This document shows, in pieces, positions 55,098-64,000 of a stretch of DNA of 64,000 nt (within the stretch, counting starts at the first letter, position 1; each line of letters begins with the position of its first letter). The notes under the pieces are model-generated. The model was not told the origin of the DNA and did not search any database. It worked only from the letters and a program-made list of their open reading frames with translations. A program made the translations under genes and the position numbers. Source of the stretch: Patescibacteria group bacterium (GTDB taxonomy: Bacteria; Patescibacteriota; Patescibacteriia; 2-12-FULL-60-25); NCBI GenBank assembly GCA_046350895.1, contig JAXLZL010000004.1:8056-72055 (forward strand). The letters are read 5' to 3'.

Positions 55098-56015
55098 TTA
55101 GAGATGTGAAGGATGGCTTTGCAAATAACGAATGATGTCAATAGCGGCACGCGAGCCATCGCCAACGGCAACGGCGACCTGCTTGACCGGCGTGCTTGTC
55201 ACGTCGCCCGCCGACCAAATGCCATCAACATTCGTCCTGCCAACCGCGTCAACGAGAATCTCTCCTTGCGGATTCTTGCCGACGATGGACGCCATGCCTG
55301 ACTGCGGCATGAGACCGACCTCAATAAACGCATCACGCACCGTTAACGACATTTCTTTGCCGTACTGCTCGTAGGCAATAGCCTCGAGAACCTTCTCGCC
55401 TTCAAACCTTACCGTAGCCGCGTTGGTCAGCACCTGGATTTTTGGATGCTGTTCGCAACGCGACTTCATTACGGCATCACCCGAGAGCTCGGGGTTGATG
55501 GTGAGGATGGTGACCTTGTCAGCATATTGCGCCAACAAAAGCGCAGCATCCATGGCAGAGTTACCGCCACCAATGACAGCCACCTCACGGCCGGCCGTAA
55601 GGGGCGCCTCACAGGTCGCGCAATAGGTCACGCCATTGCCATAAAGCCGTTCTTCGCCGGGCACATGCAGCTTGCGGTGCTCTGCGCCCGTCGCGATGAG
55701 GACGGTTACTGTTTGATACGTGCGTACGGCGGTCTTTATTTCAAATCCGCCCGGGATCTTCTTGATGTCGAGCACCGGCTCTTGTTCAAAAAGATCCATG
55801 GCTTTGCGGTAGTCTTCGAGATGTTTTTGAAAAAGCTCGACGAGCTGAATGCCATTAACGCGGTGGATACCGAGATAATTTTCAACATCGTTCGACCAAA
55901 TGACTTGGCCGCCTAGCTGGCCGGCAAACATCGCAAACGACAGCTTTTGGCGCGCAAAGTACACAGCGGCAGCCATACCGGCAGGCCCGCCACCAACAAT
56001 AACGACATCGTACAT
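55098..56015 (-). CDS. trxB: Thioredoxin-disulfide reductase
   Basis: GGGPAGMAAAVY, redox CATC, GGGNSAMD; preceded by TAGAAT-AACGGC-ATG (leaderless geometry, -10 at 56022-56027). Confidence 0.9.
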   Translation of the reverse strand: MYDVVIVGGGPAGMAAAVYFARQKLSFAMFAGQLGGQVIWSNDVENYLGIHRVNGIQLVELFQKHLEDYRKAMDLFEQEPVLDIKKIPGGFEIKTAVRTYQTVTVLIATGAEHRKLHVPGEERLYGNGVTYCATCEAPLTAGREVAVIGGGNSAMDAALLLAQYADKVTILTINPELSGDAVMKSRCEQHPKIQVLTNAATVRFEGEKVLEAIAYEQYGKEMSLTVRDAFIEVGLMPQSGMASIVGKNPQGEILVDAVGRTNVDGIWSAGDVTSTPVKQVAVAVGDGSRAAIDIIRYLQSHPSHL

Positions 56016-56027
56016 GCCGTTATTCTA

Positions 56028-56771
56028 TCACACTTTTTCTTTTTTTGCGGTGACAAAATACAAACCAGCAACAAACATCGGGATAGCTAACCACTGAGTG
56101 GGCGTGAGATAAAAATACGTTTTGTCGGCAATGCGATAAAAATCCAAACCAAAACGCGAGAGCCCTTCGATGGCCATATAACAGCCGAGCCAAAAGCCCG
56201 GTTGGCGTTGTTTGCGGTTCAACCACAAAAACCAAAGGCCAGTGGCTAAGCCAATGAGCGAGAGATAGAGGCCATGGTCATGGCGTACTTCACCGTTCGG
56301 ATATTTCACACCCAAGAAAAAATGCGTGAGCGTGCCCGGATGGTCATGGATCAAAAAACAACCGAGGCGGCCGACGCCGCAACCCCATGGCAAGCCCCAA
56401 ATCATGGTGTCGGCATAGGCGATCCAATTGAGTTTGTGGCGGCGTAAATACCACAATGCGATTACCGCCGCACCCAATAACCCGCCCACCATCGAAAAAC
56501 CGGCGATGCGCGGGTCAAACATTTTTAACGGCGCAGCTGCAAAGGTGCCATCATCATAAAACAGCACATGCATCAGGCGTGCACCGATAAAAGAGGCGGC
56601 AAAAATCCACACCGAGAGATCGAGGATTTTATCAGCATCCAGTCCCCTGCTCTTGGCACGGCGATAAGCCACGTAGGTGCCGATCAAATAGCCAAGCGCG
56701 ACAAGCAAGCCCCAAGTATAAATCGTGACCGGACCAAGAGAAAAAGAAACAATGCCAAAATATGGGATCAT
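56028..56771 (-). CDS. lgt: Prolipoprotein diacylglyceryl transferase
   Basis: 247 aa polytopic; Lgt-like blocks (YTWGLLVALGY, GARLMHVLF, GRLGCFLIHDH). Confidence 0.8.
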   Translation of the reverse strand: MIPYFGIVSFSLGPVTIYTWGLLVALGYLIGTYVAYRRAKSRGLDADKILDLSVWIFAASFIGARLMHVLFYDDGTFAAAPLKMFDPRIAGFSMVGGLLGAAVIALWYLRRHKLNWIAYADTMIWGLPWGCGVGRLGCFLIHDHPGTLTHFFLGVKYPNGEVRHDHGLYLSLIGLATGLWFLWLNRKQRQPGFWLGCYMAIEGLSRFGLDFYRIADKTYFYLTPTQWLAIPMFVAGLYFVTAKKEKV

Positions 56772-57244
56772 AATGCCTTAAACATTTTCAAAGCGCGTTC
56801 ATACGCCTGCAACGCCTCTTTGCCATCACCCATACGCAGCTGAAACGTCGCATCATGCACGAGCTGGTTGCGGATGCGATGCGCCGGCCAAACACGACGG
56901 ATGTCTGGGTATTTGAATTCGGCCATCTTCATGCGCTCGCCCATGGTCTCGCCCGGGATCAATAATTGGCGCATGACATTGTCGACGAGCTTGTCGGCTT
57001 CGATGACGGCAAGCTTCATGCCCATGAGCCCCATGCCCGAGGTCTTTTGGATCTCGGCCCAGGTCTCACGGATTTTTTTGCGGTCCAAGCCGTCATCGCC
57101 TGTACCCGGCTTCAACTTGAGATAAGCCAAGACGAGCAAAAAAACGACGGCCAGTACCGCGATGAATCCGATCCACGAAAAATCACCGCCGACGGCCGCC
57201 GCCTGGTTTGAACTGTTAAGCGCAACAACTTGAAGGAGCCACAT
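56768..57244 (-). CDS. Hypothetical bitopic membrane protein (158 aa)
   Basis: One TM (WIGFIAVLAVVFLLVLAYL) then a helical soluble domain. Confidence 0.5.
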   Translation of the reverse strand: MWLLQVVALNSSNQAAAVGGDFSWIGFIAVLAVVFLLVLAYLKLKPGTGDDGLDRKKIRETWAEIQKTSGMGLMGMKLAVIEADKLVDNVMRQLLIPGETMGERMKMAEFKYPDIRRVWPAHRIRNQLVHDATFQLRMGDGKEALQAYERALKMFKAL

Positions 57245-57253
57245 ATGTCCGCA

Positions 57254-58672
57254 TTATGGCGCGGATTCGAAGGCGGACGCAATAGAGAGCAGCTGGTCGT
57301 CTTTGAACATGCCGCCGATGAACTGCAAGCCGACAGGTAAGCCATCAGTTTTGCCACATGGCACCGAAACCGCCGGGATGCCGGCGACGTTTACGCCAAC
57401 CGTATAAACATCTTCGAGGTACATCGCGAGCGGATCATTGAGTTTCTCACCGATTTTAAAGGCCGGTGACGGCGTCGTTGGCGTGACAATCACATCAACA
57501 CTCTCAAACGCTTTGCGATAAGCGCGCTTGATAAGCGTTTGTACTTTGCGAGCCTTTCTGTAATACGCATCATAGTAACCCTTTGAAAGCGCGTAGGTAC
57601 CGAGCATAACGCGTCGGCGTACTTCTTCACCGAGACCCTGTAGACGCGATTGGCCATAAGTCTCAATCAATGGCAGGCCTGGTACGCGCTGACCAAAGCG
57701 AATGCCGTCGAAACGCGAAATATTCGCCGACACTTCACAAGGCATGAGCACATAATACACAGCTAGCGCTTCGTCCATATAAGGCAAATCGATCTCAACC
57801 AACTCAGCGCCAAGTACTTTGAGCTTCTCGAGCGCGGCGCCGCATTCTTGGCGCACGCCCGGCGTCATGCCTTCACCCCAGGCCTGCTTTGGCACGCCGA
57901 TGCGCACGCCTTTGAGGTCGGTGCGTTTTTCAAAATGAAATGCCGGCGTATTGACCGTCGTTTGGTCATGCGAGTCTTCTCCGCGGATCACCTGATACAA
58001 CATCGCCGCGTCTTCGACCGTTTTGGTCATCGGGCCGATTTGGTCGAGTGACGAAGCCATGGCCATAAGGCCATAACGCGAGACCGTGCCATAACTCGGC
58101 TTCAAACCGACGATGCCGGTAAAAGCGGCCGGTTGACGGATGGAGCCACCCGTATCTGAACCGAGTGCCGCAACGCAAAGATCGCCGGCTACGGCAGCGG
58201 CACTGCCACCCGATGAACCGCCAGGCACGCGTTCAAGGTCGACCGGATTGCGCGTAATGCCATAAGCAGAACGCTCGGTTGAACCGCCCATGGCAAACTC
58301 GTCCATGTTCACGCGGCCGACAAAAACAGCACCGGCCGCTTTGAGTTTTTGCGTGACCGTGGCGTCATAAGGCGCCGTATAACCGTCCAAAATTTTTGAA
58401 CCGCCCGTCGCATGTTCGCCTTCAATCAAGATATTGTCTTTGATGGCAAGCGGGATGCCATCAATCTCAGAAAGCGCTGCGCCATTGGCGCGGCGTTCAT
58501 CAGAAGCCTTGGCCTGTTCTAGGGCATGTGCTTCAAACACTTCGAGATAGGCATGAATGGCGCCGTCTTTTTCGCGGATGCGATCAAGATAGGACTGCGT
58601 CAAAGCAACCGACGTCACGGATTTGTTGGCAAGCGCTTCAGAGGCCTGCTTCAGGGTCATGTATTCGTACAT
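57254..58672 (-). CDS. gatA: Glu/Asp-tRNA amidotransferase subunit A
   Basis: 472 aa; amidase signature GGSSGGSAAAVA. Confidence 0.95.
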   Translation of the reverse strand: MYEYMTLKQASEALANKSVTSVALTQSYLDRIREKDGAIHAYLEVFEAHALEQAKASDERRANGAALSEIDGIPLAIKDNILIEGEHATGGSKILDGYTAPYDATVTQKLKAAGAVFVGRVNMDEFAMGGSTERSAYGITRNPVDLERVPGGSSGGSAAAVAGDLCVAALGSDTGGSIRQPAAFTGIVGLKPSYGTVSRYGLMAMASSLDQIGPMTKTVEDAAMLYQVIRGEDSHDQTTVNTPAFHFEKRTDLKGVRIGVPKQAWGEGMTPGVRQECGAALEKLKVLGAELVEIDLPYMDEALAVYYVLMPCEVSANISRFDGIRFGQRVPGLPLIETYGQSRLQGLGEEVRRRVMLGTYALSKGYYDAYYRKARKVQTLIKRAYRKAFESVDVIVTPTTPSPAFKIGEKLNDPLAMYLEDVYTVGVNVAGIPAVSVPCGKTDGLPVGLQFIGGMFKDDQLLSIASAFESAP

Positions 58673-58690
58673 AATCGTCAGTGTTGTTTT

Positions 58691-58993
58691 TTAGGATTTT
58701 GGTTTTTCAAAAACGGCCGGCGCGCGCAATAAGCCGTCCTTCTTGTCAGGAAAGTTGGCAACAATGCCGTCATGGGTCTCTTGGGTGGCAGGGATAGCCT
58801 CATCGACGCGCAGCGCACGGACTTCGTCCGCCTCTTCAGTCTCAGGGACGACGTCGGTATTCACCTCAGAAAGACGTCCGACATAATTCAATATCGGGTC
58901 AATGGTCTGCTCCATGCGGACCATTTCTTCTTCGGTAAGTGCCAAACGGGACAATTCTGCCAAGCGTTCAATGTCGGTGCGGGTGAGGGCCAT
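58691..58993 (-). CDS. gatC: Glu/Asp-tRNA amidotransferase subunit C
   Basis: Start taken at MALTRTDIERLAELSRL; ~100 aa directly upstream of gatA. Confidence 0.85.
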   Translation of the reverse strand: MALTRTDIERLAELSRLALTEEEMVRMEQTIDPILNYVGRLSEVNTDVVPETEEADEVRALRVDEAIPATQETHDGIVANFPDKKDGLLRAPAVFEKPKS

Positions 58994-59060
58994 ATGGGCG
59001 CAGAATGCCACGTAAATCCCCATTGTTCAAGGTAGGAGGGCGTGTTAGCCTTAGGGCCGT

Positions 59061-60059
59061 ATGAAACCCTCTTTTTTCAAGTCCGGCGTCGCCGCCATGA
59101 CGGCTGCATCACTGCTTTTGCCGTCGGCCTCTTTTGCCCTTACGCCAAGCCAATGGTTTAACCAATTGGTACGCGCCCCTCAGACCGAATCCGCCATTGC
59201 CGCCGATGCCACCATCGACATCAATGTCGCTGAACGCTTTTATGCCAAGAGCCGCAAGGGCTCGACTGGCTCGGTCAATGTCTCAATGGCGCTGCGTACC
59301 CCGCAGGCAACCGCCGGCATGCAGACATCTGAAGGCCTGATCTCGCTGAACAAGTTCAAAATGGAGGGTACCGACCTCGGCCTGCCATTCACCATTAACG
59401 AGCCTATCGCTTTTGAATGGAAGCAAACCTCCGACATGGTCTTTGTCCGTGTCACCAAGGTACCCGCATCATTATTGGACTATGCCAAAGAATTAAGCTC
59501 AATCGACTACTCTGGCCTCATTGGCAAATGGATCGGATTCCCCTTCAGCCAAAAGTCTTTGCTTGAGGATGCAGGCATTACCGGCAGCGACACCGCCAGT
59601 GACGCCATCAATAAAGGCCCTCTCGCCAAAACCCAGCTCGTCATTGGCGTCCGCAAAGAAAAAACCTTCAAAAACGCTGCCGGTGAAGAAATCATCCGCG
59701 TGACGGGCCGCTTAAATCCTGCGATCGCTACCATCCTCTACCAAGAACAGGTCAAACAAATCAAAAAAGATTGGCCGGCTGGCACCTATCGCACCGAACG
59801 CTTAAAAGACGCCTATAAAGAATATCTCAAATCATTGGCAGCTTTGCGCGGCATCTATCTCGCCGCCAATATCAATACGGTGACGAAGAAATTTGAACGC
59901 ATCGAATTCAGCGCCAAGGTGACCGAACCAAAAGAAGAATGCACCTGGAACAGCACCTATACCAAAGAAACGTGCAAAGCTGTTGGCTCCCACTCCCTGA
60001 CCACGGTTAAAGGCGGTATCAATCTCAGCACCTGGTGCCCCAGTGGCAGCACCCGCTGA
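59061..60059 (+). CDS. Hypothetical secreted protein (332 aa)
   Basis: Signal peptide ..AAMTAASLLLPSASFA; no domain recognised. Confidence 0.6.
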   Translation: MKPSFFKSGVAAMTAASLLLPSASFALTPSQWFNQLVRAPQTESAIAADATIDINVAERFYAKSRKGSTGSVNVSMALRTPQATAGMQTSEGLISLNKFKMEGTDLGLPFTINEPIAFEWKQTSDMVFVRVTKVPASLLDYAKELSSIDYSGLIGKWIGFPFSQKSLLEDAGITGSDTASDAINKGPLAKTQLVIGVRKEKTFKNAAGEEIIRVTGRLNPAIATILYQEQVKQIKKDWPAGTYRTERLKDAYKEYLKSLAALRGIYLAANINTVTKKFERIEFSAKVTEPKEECTWNSTYTKETCKAVGSHSLTTVKGGINLSTWCPSGSTR

Positions 60060-60189
60060 GTACATGACGGTCAAAGATGTTGAGGCTTACTTGAAGCCCA
60101 GGTACCACCTGAGCCAGCCACCATCCTAGAAGATGCCAGCACAACGGACATGACCGAAATGCCCACCGCGCCATAACCATCCTTACACG

Positions 60190-60220
60190 AAAACCCCTTC
60201 ACAAAACGTGAAGGGGTTTT
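60190..60220. terminator. Bidirectional intrinsic terminator
   Basis: AAAACCCCTTCAC-AAAAC-GTGAAGGGGTTTT. Confidence 0.8.
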
Positions 60221-60315
60221 ATGGTCTTAGCCGGGGTTAGCCATGTCCTTTCATCCGCGCCCTGAATGCCTGATTCGTTTTATCGGCACCATCGACCTTA
60301 CCGAACTGCGTTGCC

Positions 60316-60794
60316 ATGATCCGTCTTTTTGAAGACGAAGGCGATCGCATCGCCCTTTCACCCGGATCCACCAACAACCACCAAACATGGCCCGGCGGAT
60401 ACGCCGACCACATGCTCGGCATGCTCGAACTCGCCGAGATGCTCTACGCCACGTCAAAGACGCCTCTGCCCTTCGGTTTCGGCGATGCCGTGCTCGTCAT
60501 CCTGCTTCACGACATCGAAAAGCCGTGGAAGTACGTCGACAATCCTGACGGCACCCGTCGCGTGTTTGAGGGCGAAGAAGACATCAAGTCATTCTTGCAT
60601 GAAATCGTGGAATCCTTATCACTTTAAGTTAAGCGACGCGCATCTCAATGCGCTCAAATATGCTCCAACAGTGGCGGCAAAGACTACCGGGCTGGCAAGC
60701 GTGTCATGAACGAGCTTGCCGCCTTCTTGCATGTCTGTGACGTCTGGAGTGCGCGCATCGAGTACGACCGGCGCATCTTGCCGCCGCTCGAGGA

Positions 60795-60798
<4 letters not shown>
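60316..60798 (+). pseudogene. HD-domain-like protein, at least two frameshifts
   Basis: ORF 60316..60627 contains VLVILLHDIEKPW. The sequence continues in other frames (YHFKLSDAHLNALKYA.., ..RVMNELAAFLHVCDVWSARIEYD..-TAA 60796-98). Confidence 0.55.
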
Positions 60799-62871
<2,073 letters not shown>

Positions 62872-63345
62872 TCAGCCCTGCAGAGCCTGGGCAAACCAGG
62901 CCAAGAGGCGTCCTTGGCTCAAAAAAGCCAATAAAACCCCGCCTAAAAGCATCGGAGCAAAAGCGATGCGCTGTGGCTTTTTGATCAAGCCAGAAAACGC
63001 CAAAATGACGACCAAAGGCCCAATGACGACATAGGTAAAATACCAGGCTTCAAGGCTAGCCGTGACTCCGAGCCAGGCACCGGTAGCGGCGGTGAGCCAC
63101 AAATCCGCAAAGCCCATCCAACGACCGGCCGAGAGATACCAAAGCCCGCCCGTCCAAGCAAACCAAAACGCGGCACCCATAAGAGCATCAACCACATGGC
63201 CGATAACGAATGCCCACAAAAGGGCAAAACCAAATATCAGCCAAAGCGGCTCGAGTGGCAACATCTTTTTCTTGCCATCAACAAAAGCCGCCCATCCCAA
63301 AAAGATGAGAAGGACGGCCCAAGGCACGAGTGCGGTGATTGGCAT
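62872..63345 (-). CDS. Prepilin peptidase (A24 family), short form
   Basis: 157 aa polytopic; Asp-containing motifs FVDGKKKMLP and MGFADLWL. Confidence 0.7.
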   Translation of the reverse strand: MPITALVPWAVLLIFLGWAAFVDGKKKMLPLEPLWLIFGFALLWAFVIGHVVDALMGAAFWFAWTGGLWYLSAGRWMGFADLWLTAATGAWLGVTASLEAWYFTYVVIGPLVVILAFSGLIKKPQRIAFAPMLLGGVLLAFLSQGRLLAWFAQALQG

Positions 63346-63803
63346 TAGCGTTCAGCGTCTTCTTTGTCGATGCCGGTGGCATGCGCATAATAGACGTTCG
63401 GATCACCGAGTTCGGTTTTGGTTTCGGTTTTGAAACGGATCGAGTAGCCATTGGCACCGCCGCGATAACGGTAGTATTCGCCGCTCTTTGGTGGCGTTGG
63501 CACGTTATTCAGGTAGACGGCGCCTTGTGGCGTTTGGCGGCCAATGAAGCCGTTGGCGGTCAGCATGTCGGCATTATTGCCGGCCTTGCCAAGATCGATG
63601 CCGCCAGAAAGCGGATACGCGGCCTTCTCGAGCCAGTACTGGCCGAGCGCCGCACGCATCGTGCCAACGTCAGATAAACGCTGCGCATCGCGGGCACTCG
63701 CGCGAGCGCTGTTAAGCGACAAGACGGCGAGCGTGGCAAACAAACCAAAGACCGCGATCACGATGATGGCCTCAAGGGCATTAAAAGCAGGTCGGTAACG
63801 CAT
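63345..63803 (-). CDS. Type IV pilin / pseudopilin-like protein
   Basis: Start taken at MRYRPAFNALEAIIVIAVFGLFATLAVLSL (class III signal-like, Glu at +5 position pattern). Confidence 0.65.
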   Translation of the reverse strand: MRYRPAFNALEAIIVIAVFGLFATLAVLSLNSARASARDAQRLSDVGTMRAALGQYWLEKAAYPLSGGIDLGKAGNNADMLTANGFIGRQTPQGAVYLNNVPTPPKSGEYYRYRGGANGYSIRFKTETKTELGDPNVYYAHATGIDKEDAER

Positions 63804-63810
63804 GGCACGA

Positions 63811-64000
63811 TTATACCACAGCGAGCTGGCGCTCGACATGGTGAACGATATCGTCAATTGGATGTTGGTTTTTGACCAGGTACTGGTTGGCACCGAGGGC
63901 AAAGGCGCGGGCGACATCTTCGCGGTCACTCAAACGCGTCACCATGAAGACCGGAACGGTAAAAGTCTCGCTGTCATCACGGATCGCTTGCAAGACTTGA
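63811..64000 (-). CDS. Response-regulator receiver domain, C-terminal part (N-terminus beyond window end)
   Basis: ..QVLQAIRDDSETFTVPVFMVTRLSDREDVARAFALGANQYLVK.. matches the end of a CheY-like REC domain; the frame is open to position 64000. Confidence 0.7.
   Translation of the reverse strand, partial: QVLQAIRDDSETFTVPVFMVTRLSDREDVARAFALGANQYLVKNQHPIDDIVHHVERQLAVV

Overview
64-kb, almost fully coding, mostly minus-strand chromosomal window at roughly 50% GC. Gene content suggests a small-genome bacterium. Short UvrC/UvrA, many membrane-anchored or secreted orphans and a scattered division cluster look Patescibacteria/CPR-like, but that is inference only.

Recognisable core genes:
- Excision repair, dispersed: uvrB, uvrC, uvrA.
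- Cell wall and division: murD, murG, ftsW, mraY, mraZ-rsmH-ftsL-like, uppS, a TagA-like and two GT4-type transferases, an M23 peptidase.
- Replication and recombination: dnaB, ybaB, recR, ligA.
- Translation: gltX, gatC-gatA, rpmA, rplU, dus, tRNA-Lys(UUU), tRNA-Ser(GGA).
- folD, trxB, lgt, two DsbA-like oxidoreductases, three Nudix hydrolases, and pilin plus prepilin peptidase.
- A class II photolyase next to a crtE-crtB-crtI + UbiA-prenyltransferase carotenoid cluster.

No rRNA, CRISPR array or intact transposase was seen.

Most unusual features:
1. A ~6-kb accessory island abuts the 3' end of tRNA-Ser (about 46.8-52.9 kb). It opens with a ~65% GC orphan gene and continues with heavily frame-disrupted accessory genes: P-loop kinase, PIF1-like helicase, GIY-YIG, TfoX_N, methyltransferase and transglutaminase-like.
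2. A '-10 hexamer, 6-7 nt, ATG' geometry recurs at 8 genes, implying widespread leaderless mRNAs.
3. A membrane-anchored, zinc-ribbon-capped Clp/Hsp100 ATPase has a degenerate first AAA module.
4. An AT-rich two-gene module of paralogous secreted Cys proteins.
5. An orphan consensus promoter running into a strong terminator (~43-nt transcript).

I did not identify a clear new multi-gene system; the tRNA-Ser island and its high-GC orphan are the best lead.

Major caveat: many genes, including essential ones (murG, ftsW, ligA), are split by frameshifts. These often sit at homopolymer runs and cluster regionally, so assembly indels cannot be separated from true pseudogenes using this sequence alone. 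All motif coordinates were worked out by hand.
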